Shown one piece after another: positions 28,153 to 40,593 of a stretch of DNA of 64,000 nt. This DNA comes from Eledone cirrhosa (taxonomy: Eukaryota): positions 312,108,001-312,172,000 of the forward strand of contig OZ024743.1 in the NCBI GenBank assembly GCA_964016885.1, in the 5' to 3' direction. The position numbers were made by a program, and so were the translations under genes. Below the pieces are notes generated by a model. The model had not been told where the DNA came from and did no database searches. It saw nothing but the letters and a program-made list of their open reading frames with translations. The stretch's first letter is position 1. Each line of letters opens with the position of its first letter.

Positions 28153-28957
28153 ACATATATATACATATGCATATATGTATACATACATAAGTAAATGATC
28201 ATTCTTTTACATCTGCTTTTCAATGCTTGCATGGAAATATATATGGAAATATATATGGAAATATATGTACTTACACAACCACATATCTACACATACATGT
28301 AACATGGTTGGTATTAGGAAGGGCATCTAGCAGTAGAAACCAAGCCAAAATACAGATCTGTATGATCAAAACGTGGGTGATCCGACCAGACCTGTCCCAC
28401 AATGTGACAACCCGCCCAACCCATGCAAGCGCGGAAACTGACAGTAAATGATATATACATATATATATATTATACAATTGTAGAACACCTGTGAAACCAT
28501 TGTCACACTCAGCCACAAAAACACCGAAACAGGTCAAGCAATTGAACTAAGAGATGAGCTATGGAGAAAATTCCCATACTTCCGTCTGGTGCATTTCTTC
28601 TTACCATATTGAGAAATGGTGCCTTTGATTTTCAAATTTTGAAATTAAAGAAGTTGAAGGGATTTAGTAATGTAACTTTCATATTAAGCTGGTGTTTGGA
28701 ACATAATGACTAAGGTCTTCTTCACCCACTTATTCCTGAGAGGGTCATGGGAGCAGAGTCCTAAAACACTGTATATATATAGAAACCCATGCAAGCGTGG
28801 AAGATGGACGTTAAACGATGATGATGATGATGATGATATATAGTTATATCTGTATACAGATTTTTAATATGTCAGGAGATACAAATTTCCTTGTAAATTG
28901 AAAAAAATGATAAACACCTTTAATTGACTTTCAGGCCTATGTATGTATAATATATAT

Positions 28958-29332
28958 ACTACAGTCAGTAGGCATCTCTAACAAAATACACCCCCGTCCC
29001 ACCACCCCCACCCCATCCACACCGCCACCTTCTATGTAAAGTTATGTTGGTGCCACACCATCCAGGCCGAAACAAATGAGATCGTGTAGGTGTCACGACA
29101 AAAAAACACACAGTCCACGCTGTAATGTGGCCGTGTAGGCAACACGGTAAAAACCTCCCAGACCCACACTGTAAATGTGGTTGGTGTTAGGAAGGGCATC
29201 CAACTGTAGAAAACCTGCCAGACAGTCCTATGCGAGCAAGACAATCACTCTTGCCTCAAGTGGGAAAACCCCCGTCCAAACCCATGCAAGCGTGGAACAC
29301 GGACGTTAAATGTTGATGATGATGATGATGAT
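28958..29332 (+). mobile_element. 3'UTR-only copy of the LINE at 34708-35977
   Basis: Near-identical to 35606-35977; both copies give almost the same spurious ORF MSCSHRTVWQ. Confidence 0.9.
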
Positions 29333-29721
29333 ATATATGAAATGTAGGTTTAACTTGCCTCCTAAGAGATTGCATATCATAGATTTCTCAGGTGTTTTAA
29401 TGATAGAGGCCCTAGTTGCATATCATCATTATTTTTGGTGGATTGGCAGTATCGGCAGAGAGTCGGACGCCATGCTTTGACGCATAGAGTTACGCCCTTG
29501 CCATTCTGAGTTCAAATCCCACCGAGGTTGACTTTGCCTTTCATCCTTACGGGGTCGATAAAATAAAGTACCAGTAATGCACTGGGTATTTGCTGGCCTT
29601 GTGCCAATAGTAGAAACAATCAGTTTTACATTGATTTTTTCCATGCTTGCATGTGTTCAACAAGTCCTTTCCAGCACTGCAGCTCCCTACTTGCTGCAGC
29701 CCTTCATCAACCTGTCTTTCA

Positions 29722-30010
<289 letters not shown>

Positions 30011-30011
30011 G

Positions 30012-30393
30012 AGGCACATGGCTTAGTGGTTAGAGCATTGGCCTTGCAATCGAAAGGTTGTGAGTTCAATTCTCAGACCGGGTGATGTGTTGTTTCCTGG
30101 AGCAAGACAATTTATTTCACATTGCTCCAGTTTACTCAGCTGTAGGAATGAGATGATAGGGACTGGGCTCCATATCATTCCACTGCAAAGTGGTTGTGTA
30201 GGTGCCACGGCAAAAAAGCACCCAGCCCACACTGTAAAGTGGACGTGTAGGCGCCACGGAAAAAAGAACCCAGCACTCACTGTAAATGAGGTTGGTGTTA
30301 GGAAGGGCATCCAGCTGTAGAAATCAAGCCAGAATCAGTTCCGGTCCCACCCTTGCAAGCAGGGAAAAGCGGACGTAAAATGAAATGATGATG
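30012..30393 (+). mobile_element. tRNA/CORE-type SINE with RTE-derived tail (family B); inverted copies at 37108-37490 and 36275-36525
   Basis: A-box TGGCTTAGTGG, B-box GAGTTCAATTC, CORE-like GAGCAAGACA.TTTATTTCAC, tail GTTAGGAAGGGCATCCAGCTGTAGAAA...(GAT)n shared with RTE 3'UTRs. Confidence 0.85.
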
Positions 30394-31102
30394 ATATATC
30401 ACACGCGCGAAGTGACCAAATTTCAAAAATTTCAACCCAGCGACTACAGCAACAATAACAACAGCAAAACACCATTGTCTGCAGCATCAGTGAAATGAAC
30501 AACAACAACGGCAGCAACAACAACAACTGCCATCACCATCACTGACACCATCCACCACCACCACCATCACCATCACCAGCGATCAGGCCTTAAGAAGAAG
30601 AAAACAACTATAATACAAAATAACTATTCTGTTCTTGGCACAGGGCAGCGATTGTCACAGCGCATTGCTGGTGCCTCGTTTTGGGGCCCGGAGCATGGAG
30701 AGCTGTTGCTCTATGCTGTAAAGCAAACAATTATTATTATTATATAAAAACTGAACTGTAAAAGTCAACAGTTGACATGATCTTGTTTCAGTACTGACGG
30801 TAATATATGTATGTGTGTGTGAGTGGCGTGTGTGTTTGTATACATGAATGTTAGTGTGTGAGTGAGTGTGTGTGTGCCGTGAGTGTCAATAAGTGGTATT
30901 TTTTTTTTTTTTATGCTGTAAAATGGAGGGGTAGAGAGGGCCCATGAGTCCAGTAAGACTTCCTCTCTAGTGCTGGTGGCACGAATAAAAGCACCCAGTC
31001 CATGCTGTAAAGTGGAACTGGTGTTAGGAAGAGCATCCAACCAGTGTATCAATGCCAAAGCAATTATGAGCACAGCAACAAATATATAGGAACAACAAAA
31101 AT

Positions 31103-34100
31103 ATGAAGACGTTGCATCTCAGAGTTGCAACAATTAATGTTGGCACTCTCACAGGTAGATCTAGTTAAAGGGTGGAGATGCTGGAGAGAAGGCATGTGGA
31201 TGTGTGCAAGAGGTGATATGGAGAGGTGCCTCTGCGAGACTAGTCGCAGGCAAACATCTTAGCTATAAGCTTTTCTGGGTAGGTAAGGATGATGGGTTAG
31301 GGGGAGTAGGCTTTTTCCTGGCTGAGAGATGGATCAATAAGACAATAGAGGTAGTTCGAGTTAATAATCGAATAATTAAACTTAGATTAGTTGTAGGCAG
31401 GAGACTACTGACAATCATCTCTGCCTATGCTCCACAAGCAGGCCTAGGCAAAGAAGAGAAAGACTGCTTTTACGAGCAACTTTTACAAACAGCTGCAATG
31501 ACAGAGGACGGAGACATCATTATGCTAGCAGGGGACTAAAATGGTCATGTTGGACAACTCCAGGATGATTACACTGGGGTACATGGTGGGCACGGTTACG
31601 GCTCAAGAAATGAAGAAGGAGTGAGACAAGACACTGACTATTTGCAACACTAACTTCCAGAAACCTGCCAATCACCTAATAACCTACAAATCAGGCGAGC
31701 ACATAAGCCAGATTGACTTCTTACTAGTTAGGCAGCGGGACAGGCAGATAGTGTCTAATACCAAGGCATACATGGGGAAGAATGTACCCCACAGCATAGG
31801 TTAGTTGTTAGTGATATCTCAGTAAGCAAGAGATGGAATGAGACATATAGGAAGGTGTGGAGAAGAAAGGTCTGGAAGCTAAAAGACCTTTCACTAAAAT
31901 ACAAATTTAGGAAAGCCCTTCAAGATGTATATGATGAAAAAGAAGACGATTTAGAGACGTATGACATAGATAATAACTGGAATTTCTTACGTGACAACTT
32001 GCTGCAGGCTACTGATGAAACTTGTGGCTGGAGCAGAGCTCCAACCAGACAGAGAGTGACCTGGTGGTGGAACAGCACAGTAGATAGGGCCATTAGAGAC
32101 AAAAGACTAGCATGGAAGGCTTGGAAAAGGGGTGGGAGTAGAGAAGGATATACAGCCGCTAAGAAAGAAGCTAGACGTCAGGTGTGCTTAACACGCAGGG
32201 AGGCTGAGAGTAGGTTTGCCACTGTTCTGCGACGGGAAGATAAGAGGCGCGTGGTGTTCCACATTGCAAGGCAGTGTGTCAATGCAAATCAGGATGTTGT
32301 TGGAGATAAATGTGTCCGGCATGATGCTGGTGTACTTAGTGTCACGAATGATCAGAAAAAGGAGGCCTGGAAATGTCATTATGAGAGACTGATGAATGTG
32401 GAGAATGAATGGGAAAGAGAAATTACCCTCAGTAGATACGACAGAGGGACCAGCTATTGAGATTGACGAATATAGGGTCCAAGAGGCAATTAAGGAAATG
32501 AAAAATGGTAAGGCTGCTGGACCGTTGGGGATAGTTGTTGAGATGCTGAAGGCATCAGGGGATGTAGGCGCTAAACGGGTTGCACGCATCATCAATCAGG
32601 CTATATATGGTGGTGTCTGCCCAAAGACTGGTGCAGCAGTATTCTCATAAATTGCTACAAAGGTAAAGAGGATGCTCTGGAGAGGAGCAATTATAGGGGT
32701 ATAAAACTGATGGATCAGGTTATGAAAGTGGCAGAAAGGATATTAGCACAACTAATTAGAGAAAGGGTCAAACTAGATGAGATGCAGTTTGGTTTTGTGC
32801 CTGGGAAAAGTACAACAGATGCCCTCTTCTTGGTGAGACAATTACAAGAGAGGTTCTTAGAGAAGAATAAGCCACTATACTTAGCCTTTGTTGACCTAGA
32901 GAAGGCCTTTGATAGGGTACCCCGATCTGTCATCTGGTGGTCTCTAAGGAAACTAGGTGTTGAGGAATGGCATGTGAGGACAGTGCAAACTTTGTACAGA
33001 GGTGCTGTCAGTAAAGTCAGAGTAGGAATGGAGTATAGTGAGGAATTCCAGATACAAGTAGGAGTACATCAAGGTTTGGTCCTCAGCCCGCTCTTGTTCA
33101 TTATAGTCCTCCAAGCCATAACAGAGGAGTTTAAGACTGGCTGTCCATGGGAACTTCTCTATGCTGACGATCTGGTTCTTATAGCAGAATCAGTAGAGGA
33201 GCTAGAGAATAAATTCTGGCTATGGAAACAGCAGTTGGAATCAAGGGGACTGAGAGTGAACCTAGCTAAGACAAAAGTGTTGATGAGTAGAAAAGAGGAC
33301 AAAACTCTGATTCCGTCATGGAAATGGCCATGTTCAATATGCAGAAAAGGAACTGGCATAAATTCTATAAAATGCACACAATGCAGATCCTGGGTACACA
33401 AGAGATGTAGTGGGATAGCAGGCAAACTAACAGGTAGGGAGAAATATGTATGCAGTAGATGTACAGGGAAATTAGACAGTAGAAGTCGCATTGATAGACA
33501 CATTTTTCAAATGCAGGCCGGTGCTATAGAAGTGGTGGATAGTTTCCGGTACCTAGGAGATCAGATTAGCATGGGAGGGCGGGTGTTCCGAGGTCATAGT
33601 ATCTAGAATAAGGACAGGTTGGAAGAGGTTTAGGGAGTGGCTTCCTCTGCTGACGAAGAAGGGTTTCTCCCTGCATACGAAAGGCCAGTTATATGATGCC
33701 TGTGTGAGGAGCGTGATGCTGCATGGTATTGAGACATGGGGAGCAGCTGCAGAGGATATGCGACGGCTGGAGAGAAATGAGGCAAGCATGCTCCTTTGGA
33801 TGTGCAATGTCAATGTGCGTGAACAACCCAACATGGATGTGTTGAGAGAGAAACTGTGTCTGAGAGGGATAGAATGTAGGGTGCGAGAGAGGAGACTGCG
33901 GTGGTATAGACATGTGATGCGCATGGAGGATTACTGATGGGTGAAGAAGTGCCAGGAAATGCCAGTTGAAGGAAGACGTGGTAGAGGTAGACCACAAAAA
34001 ACATGGGCGGAGGTGGTGAGATAAAGATGCTGAAGGTGCTGAAATAAAGATGACGAAGGACCGTGACAAGTGGAGAGATGCTGTGCTGAATAAGACCCGT

Positions 34101-34150
34101 CCAAACCTTGAAAGCAGGGAGAAGCGGACATAAAATGATGATGATGATGA
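31103..34150 (+). mobile_element. Near-full-length RTE-clade LINE, frameshifted (APE, RT, PHD finger)
   Basis: Endonuclease motifs (QE, YAP, GD), RT motifs (FVDLEKAFD, GVHQG, LLYADDL), C4HC3 finger, GRP..W tail, (GAT)n 3' end. Confidence 0.95.
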
Positions 34151-34707
34151 TATATATATATATATAGGTACGTTATTCCGGGTTGAATCGGAGGTAACCA
34201 CAGTAAGTAAGGTACTCAATACATAGCAGAGTATAAAAGTTTTAATATAGATGAGATTCTATATATAGAATCATCATCATCATATGTATCATCATCATCA
34301 TCATCATCATTTTATGTCCGCTTTTCCCTGCTTGCAAGGTTTGGACGGGTCTTATTCAGCACAGTATCTCTCCACTTGTCACGGTCCTTCGTCATCTTTA
34401 CTTCAGCGATCAGAGGTATGTTCTCACCACCTCCATCCATGTTTTTTGTGGTCTACCTCTACCACGTCTTCCTTCAACTGGCATTTCCTGGCACTTCTTC
34501 ACCCATCAGTAATCCTCCATGCGCATCACATGTCTATACCACCGCAGTCTCCTCTCTCGCACCCTACATTCTATCCCTCTCAGACACAGTTTCTCTCTCA
34601 ATATATGAGACCTATATATACCATAATTATTTTTTGATACCCAGATTCCTGATGATTTCTGAAGAATGAAACAGTTCTAGTCCTGTAGAATATATATATA
34701 TATATAC

Positions 34708-35973
34708 GGCCTAGAATCAAAAGGCCTTAAAATTAACCTGGCTAAGACTAAAGTTCTAGTTTGTAGGAAAGAAAATAAGGCGGTCCCTTCTGGGAAATGG
34801 CCATGCTCAGTGTGTAGGAAAGGCGTAGGTAGAAACTCCATTTTATGTCCCAAATGCAAAGTATGGGTGCATAAAAGATGTAGTGGGATCACAGGTAAGC
34901 TAACTAAGAACTTAGATTTTACATGTGGGCGGTGCTCTGGTGCAATAAGTAGCAGCGAGTGCCCACAAAATACTAACTCTTTCAATTGCGCAGAAGGCTC
35001 TATAGAAATAGTGGACAGCTTCCGTTACCTGGGTGACAAAATCAGCAGTGGGGGAGGGTGCTCCGAAAGTACAGTAGCTAGAGTCAGAACTGGATGGAAA
35101 AAGTTCAGAGAGCTTATACCACTATTAACCGCTAAAGGGTTCTCCCTAAAAATGAAAGGCAGGTTGTATGATGCTTGCATACGAACAGCAATGTTGCATG
35201 GCAGTGAGACCTGGGCATTGTGCGCAGAGGATATACGCAGACTAGAGAGGAATGAAGCTTGCATGCTCCGCTGGATGTGTAATAGTAATATACGTCAACG
35301 GCAAAGCATAAACGAACTAAGGAAAAAATTAGAAATAAGAGGGATCAGATGTTGTTTACTCGAGAGAAGGCTACGTTGGTACAGAGACGTGATGCGCATG
35401 AAAGTCGATAGCTGTATAACAAAGTGCAGGGCAATAAAGATAGACGGTAGCCACGGAATAGGCAGACCTAGAAAATCCTGGTACGAGCTGATAAACTCCG
35501 ACCTCACACACTTACACCTCTCCAAGACAATGTCACTGGACCGAGACCTTTGGCGGTACTCAGTAATAGAGAAGACCCGCCTTACCTAAATACATAGTAA
35601 AACCTACTACAGCCAGTAGGCATCTCTAACAAAATACACCCCCGTCCCACCACCCATACCCCATCCACACAACCCCCTCCTATGTAAAGTTATGTTGGTG
35701 CCACAACATCCAGGCCGAAACAAATGAGATCGTGTAGGTGTCACGACAAAAAAACACACAGTCCACGCTGTAATGTGGCCGTGTAGGCAACACGGTAAAA
35801 ACCTCCCGGTCCCACACTGTAAATGTGGTTGGTGTTAGGAAGGGCATCCAACTGTAGAAAACCTGCCAGACAGTCCTATGCGAGCAAGACAATCACTCTT
35901 GCCTCAAATGGGAATACCCCCGTCCAAACCCATGCAGGCGTGGAACACGGACGTTAAACGTTGATGATGATGA

Positions 35974-35977
<4 letters not shown>
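34708..35977 (+). mobile_element. 5'-truncated young RTE LINE with open C-terminal ORF and full 3'UTR
   Basis: Open frame 34708-35589 (PHD finger, FRYLG, GRPRKSW), (GAT)n tail, (TA)n on both sides. Confidence 0.93.
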
Positions 35978-36011
<34 letters not shown>

Positions 36012-37559
36012 TCTTCATCATCATCATTATTATTTTAACATCTACTTTCCCTACTAGCATATATATATATATAATCAATTTACGTCTGCTTTTCCTTGTT
36101 TATATATATATAAAATTAAAAGTTCGATTGACATATATATATAAATAAACATATCAAACATTAACAGGAGATAATTTGCAAAGAATGTAAGAACACATAG
36201 TTACAAAAGGTAGAATATCAAAATTTAACAAAAACTTCAAATATAGATACTTGGCAATAATTATTTTGTTAGTAATCATCATCATCATCATTTTACGTCC
36301 GCTTTTCCCTGCTTGCAAGGGTGGGACGGGAATTGATTCTGGCTTGATTTCTACAGCTGGATGTCCTTCCTAACAGCAACCTCATTTACAGTGAGTGCTG
36401 GGTGCTTTTTTGCCGTGGAATGATAGGGACCCGAGTGCCTATCATCTCATTTCTACAGCTGAGTAAACTGGAGCAATGTGAAATAAAGTGTCTTGCTCAA
36501 GGAAACAACACATCACCAGGTGCCATTATATATATATATAGTGTCTTATGCATAACCTAGAGACTTGCTAGTGTATAGTTATGCTAGTAAGTGAATAGTT
36601 GTGTATGGTTATAAGATGTGATGTGTGGACCTGAGAGTATGTTCTGATGGGTGTGTGTCTGCTGTTTCTTTTAATAAACTATATATATATAATGTCTTTC
36701 TCTCTCTCAGTGGCCCTATTCTGTAACAGTATTCAATGACCAGAATATTAAAGACTGCTGGACCGTCCATTGCATATTACTGGTATGTTTATCAGTCTAT
36801 GTGTGTGCGTTTGTGTGTGTATGTAAATGTATGTGTGTGTGGATGTGGGTGTGTGAGTGTGAGTGTGGGTGGGTGTGTGTATGTAAGTGGGTGTGGATGT
36901 GAGTGAGAGTGTGTGTATGAGTATGAGTGTCATTGTATGTGTGTGTGTGTAAGAGTGTGGGTGTGTCTGTGAGTGGTTGTGTGTATGTGGGAGTATGTAA
37001 CAGTGTGTCAGTGAGTGTGCGTGTATGTGTATGTAAGAGAGTGTGTGTTGTTTCTATTGACGAGAACACATCATCAACCTTCCTTTAACAGATCTACAGC
37101 AACCAATCATCATCATCATCATTTTACGTTCACTTTTCCCTGCTTGCAAGGGTGGGACGGGAACTGATTCTGGCTTGATTTCTACAGCTGGATGCCCTTC
37201 CTAACACCAACCTCATTTACAGTGAGTGCTGGGTGCTTTTTTCCGTGGTGCCTACACGTCCACTTTACAGTGTGGGCTGGGTGCTTTTTTGCCGTGGCAC
37301 TTCCACGACCACTTTGCAGTGGAATGATAGGGACCGCAATCCTATCATCTCATTTCTACAGCTGAGTAAACTGGAGCAATGTGAAATAAATTCTCTTGCT
37401 CAAGGAAACAACACATCACCCGGTCTGAGAATTGAACTCACAGCCTTTCGATTGCAAGGCCAATGCTCTAACCACTAAGCCATGTGCCTCCTAGGAGGTA
37501 GAAACCTATGTGTGAAATTTTAATAACATTTACAACTTAGAACACATAATTTCCAAACA

Positions 37560-38200
37560 CTAAAATGCCAAGGCAAGAACACATAAAAGAACAAGGACAC
37601 ATGCCCCTAAGGATAACATATGCCACCTAAAGCTGCCACATTTCAATTAGAAGATGACAGCTGCCAAAAGACAAGCCATTCGTAAGGAGGAACTGAATAT
37701 ATGGCTGGCACACCTGGGACCCTCATTGAGGAGACTGCTCCACAGACACCAACCGACATACAATGATATATGCACACTTCCTTATTGTCCCATCAACACA
37801 GAAGTGTACATGAGAGCATTTGTAGTCTATAAGATCACGTGCAAAAAATATAGCTCCTCATACATCGGAAGTACCATAAGGAGACTACACATACAGATCA
37901 AGGAACACATGACAATGAGAATGTCTTCTGTTAAAAAACATCTTGACAGATGCTGCAACCAAGACATTGAGGTCACCACAGAGACAACTGAAAGGAATAT
38001 AAGGATTAAGGACGCCATTTTTTTTCAGCCGAATAAAACCAGACAAACAATAGATCAGAAATGCATGAGGCAGAATGGTTACTGTAGCGACCTTGCACAT
38101 GTGCATACGTTTTGCATATTGACCAGTTAGGGAAGAAAACTGATCACTCATTTGTTTGGTCTTCGACTGTTTCTGCGACGCATCTGAAAAGAGGGTATTA
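37560..38200 (+). mobile_element. Penelope-like element remnant (GIY-YIG endonuclease)
   Basis: ORF 37654-38130: VVYKITCKKYSSSYIGSTIRRLHIQIKEH...SSVKKHL. Confidence 0.8.
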
Positions 38201-38354
38201 GCCCTGAAATATCATGCTAAAATACACTGGGTAAAAAAATTACTTTTTGTTTTGTTTTGTTTCATTTGTCACCATTTGCTCTTCGTACTCTTCTAGCACA
38301 TTGTACTAGCTTTTAACAAAACATTATCTGTCTTTTACTAAATAGCTCACAATG

Positions 38355-40593
38355 CACATTGCACCTGGTGGGAAAATATTATCTTTTTAAGTTTTTCCTA
38401 TCACAGTTTATTGAAAATTTTCCGTTGAATAAGATCTTTAGGGAGAAGAAACAAAAAAACACAGCTAAAAAGATTGTGTCTAAAATGTTATGGTAATTAG
38501 TAATTTTGCAGTTCTTTTGCACAAAAAATTAGTTAACAAAAATCCACAAACTATCTTGAAAAATCATTCAAAACGAATAGGCCATAAAATATCAAAGCCA
38601 GTAAACTAGAGATTGAACTGGCACTTTCTGAAAGATAATTTATTGAATTTTCCCTGCTAAGTGTAGTTTTCTAAACAAGTCTAACACAAATCAGATAACT
38701 TTTAGAAATGTAATAGTTCATTGTAAAGAAATTATTCCATTTTTGCTCTAAGAAAGCCTTCAGAAAACAATTTTTTTTTAATTTCACAGCATTTCACACT
38801 ATAGAGTTAATATTTTCTGGAATCCCCTGGCTATGGTGGACTTTTGAGCAAAAATTCAGTTAAAAGAACTTAAAAGCTGAAGTTTTATGCTGACTTGAAT
38901 GTTCTTTGTTAGAACTTGTAACAGATCAGTTCCCCATGAAAATAACACATACTTTTGTGTTTAGCCACTTTTGTTTGATGGTACCCAATACAGTGAAACT
39001 CAAATGGGCTGAAATGCTTGATATAGATATTTCATTATCCCAGGATCCAATTCATGGTAGTCAGGTGTCTTTGGCACTTTTATCAAGAAAACTTTGTGCT
39101 GGTTGAAAAAAACAGTTACATGTCTAAAACCCTGAAATTAGAGAGGCAACTCCATCTAAAATAGTCACCACATGATAGGGAGTTGATGTTGAGCAATAAT
39201 TGACATTTAGAAATAATATAAAGGCTTTGCAGTAACCAATACATATGTAAGAAAACTTAGAAAAGATTGTACATTTTGAAACTGAATACCTGTATCAGTA
39301 CAGACTTTTAAACTAATACTAAGATAAAATTTCCTAGTGCTCCCCAAGTTCAATACTCAATATACTCATACTCAATGTCTATGTAAAATACATGGAGGCA
39401 ATTTTGCTTTCCTCTTGCATTAAAAGTGAAACATTCTTATGTTTGAGTGACAAGAGCTATGTGTCTATTTCTCCACAAATGAAGGCCAAGGTCTTTTTTA
39501 TGATATTTCCGGATTAGACATTATAAGCATCCTTTAGAAGATGTCATGAATATTGTCAATTACTGGAAGCTGGAGAGATCTTGCAGTTGCCCCACTCTGA
39601 AATGACCTGTGTTTGTTCCAACTTTCAAATGGATTTTCACTTCATTTCACAATTTACCGCCCACCATTCCATTCAAAAACATCCCAGCAGTGAGCACACA
39701 TTTGATGGAATGGTGGAACTATAACCACCAATGAGAAGCCCCTCTCATCAAAAATGAGTTTTTAAGTGTAACGTTAAATCTATCCCAAGCGCATTCAGTC
39801 TATCAGACCTTACTAACGTTGCCCAGAGACATTGTCCTTGTCTTCCCAGTTCAAAATGAGAGAACATATATTTTGGCAGTTTTTTTAACTGAAAAACTGG
39901 TCAGCCAATGGTCCCATAACTCTTTATCTAGAATCCATCAGATATTAATGAAGTATCATTTGCATGTGGCATGGCATAAATGACAGAATGTATGACTGTT
40001 CCTTTCAAGAAAAGATACTATCTTGCCAGTAATCATTGACACTGTTTTGCAGGTGACATTCACATTTATGTCAGTCACTGTGATACATAAACCAAAACTT
40101 TCCCTTAAAACATCCAAAGAAGGCTCAAGTTCTACAGGCAGCACATCTCGATCCTCAACAGCTCATACCAACACACTGTTGGTATGTTTGGAACAGGATT
40201 TGTCCAAATAATGTTATTAGCAAGCTGTAATTCTAATTGGCAATAACATGACAATATAAATGAGGTCTTTTTGCTGGTTCTAGAGTGCCATAGAGAGACA
40301 CTCCTTCTCTAAGTATGCCAAATCCATCCCTATGAAGTAATTAATCAAATTTACGAATCTAATACATTTTTCCACTAACCACAAATCACAGTAATTAAAC
40401 AATTTTTGCAGCAAATGCCAGAAAAAGAAATCAAGTTATATCTTCAAAATTAGATGCTTTCTTTGAATAGTTTTAACTCCATCAGTTACAGCTTTCTAAA
40501 ATGCTTCCAGCAAGCTATAAATGACTTCTTTGTGCCAATCTTTTTGTGATCATATGAATTTATTCCCAAATTTGGCATTCTGGGCGCACAGTG
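38355..40593 (-). mobile_element. Transib/RAG1-like DNA transposon, decayed and internally deleted
   Basis: Perfect 5-bp TSD CAATG (38350-38354, 40594-40598). Termini CACATTGCACCTGG and CACTGTGCGCCCAG. RAG1/Transib core motifs inside. Confidence 0.88.
39440..40335 (-). pseudogene. RAG1-core-like (Transib) DDE transposase remnant
   Basis: Collinear motifs across stops and frameshifts: IGMD, IIWTNPVPN, SMITGK (MIDGK), FCHLCHAT, LH, HQMCAH, SENPFESWNKH, DIF*RMLIMSNP, ICGEI. Confidence 0.88.

Noticed and set aside
30012-30085. tRNA-like sequences at SINE heads
   Set aside because: They continue into CORE and LINE-derived tails, are multi-copy and form no complete cloverleaf.
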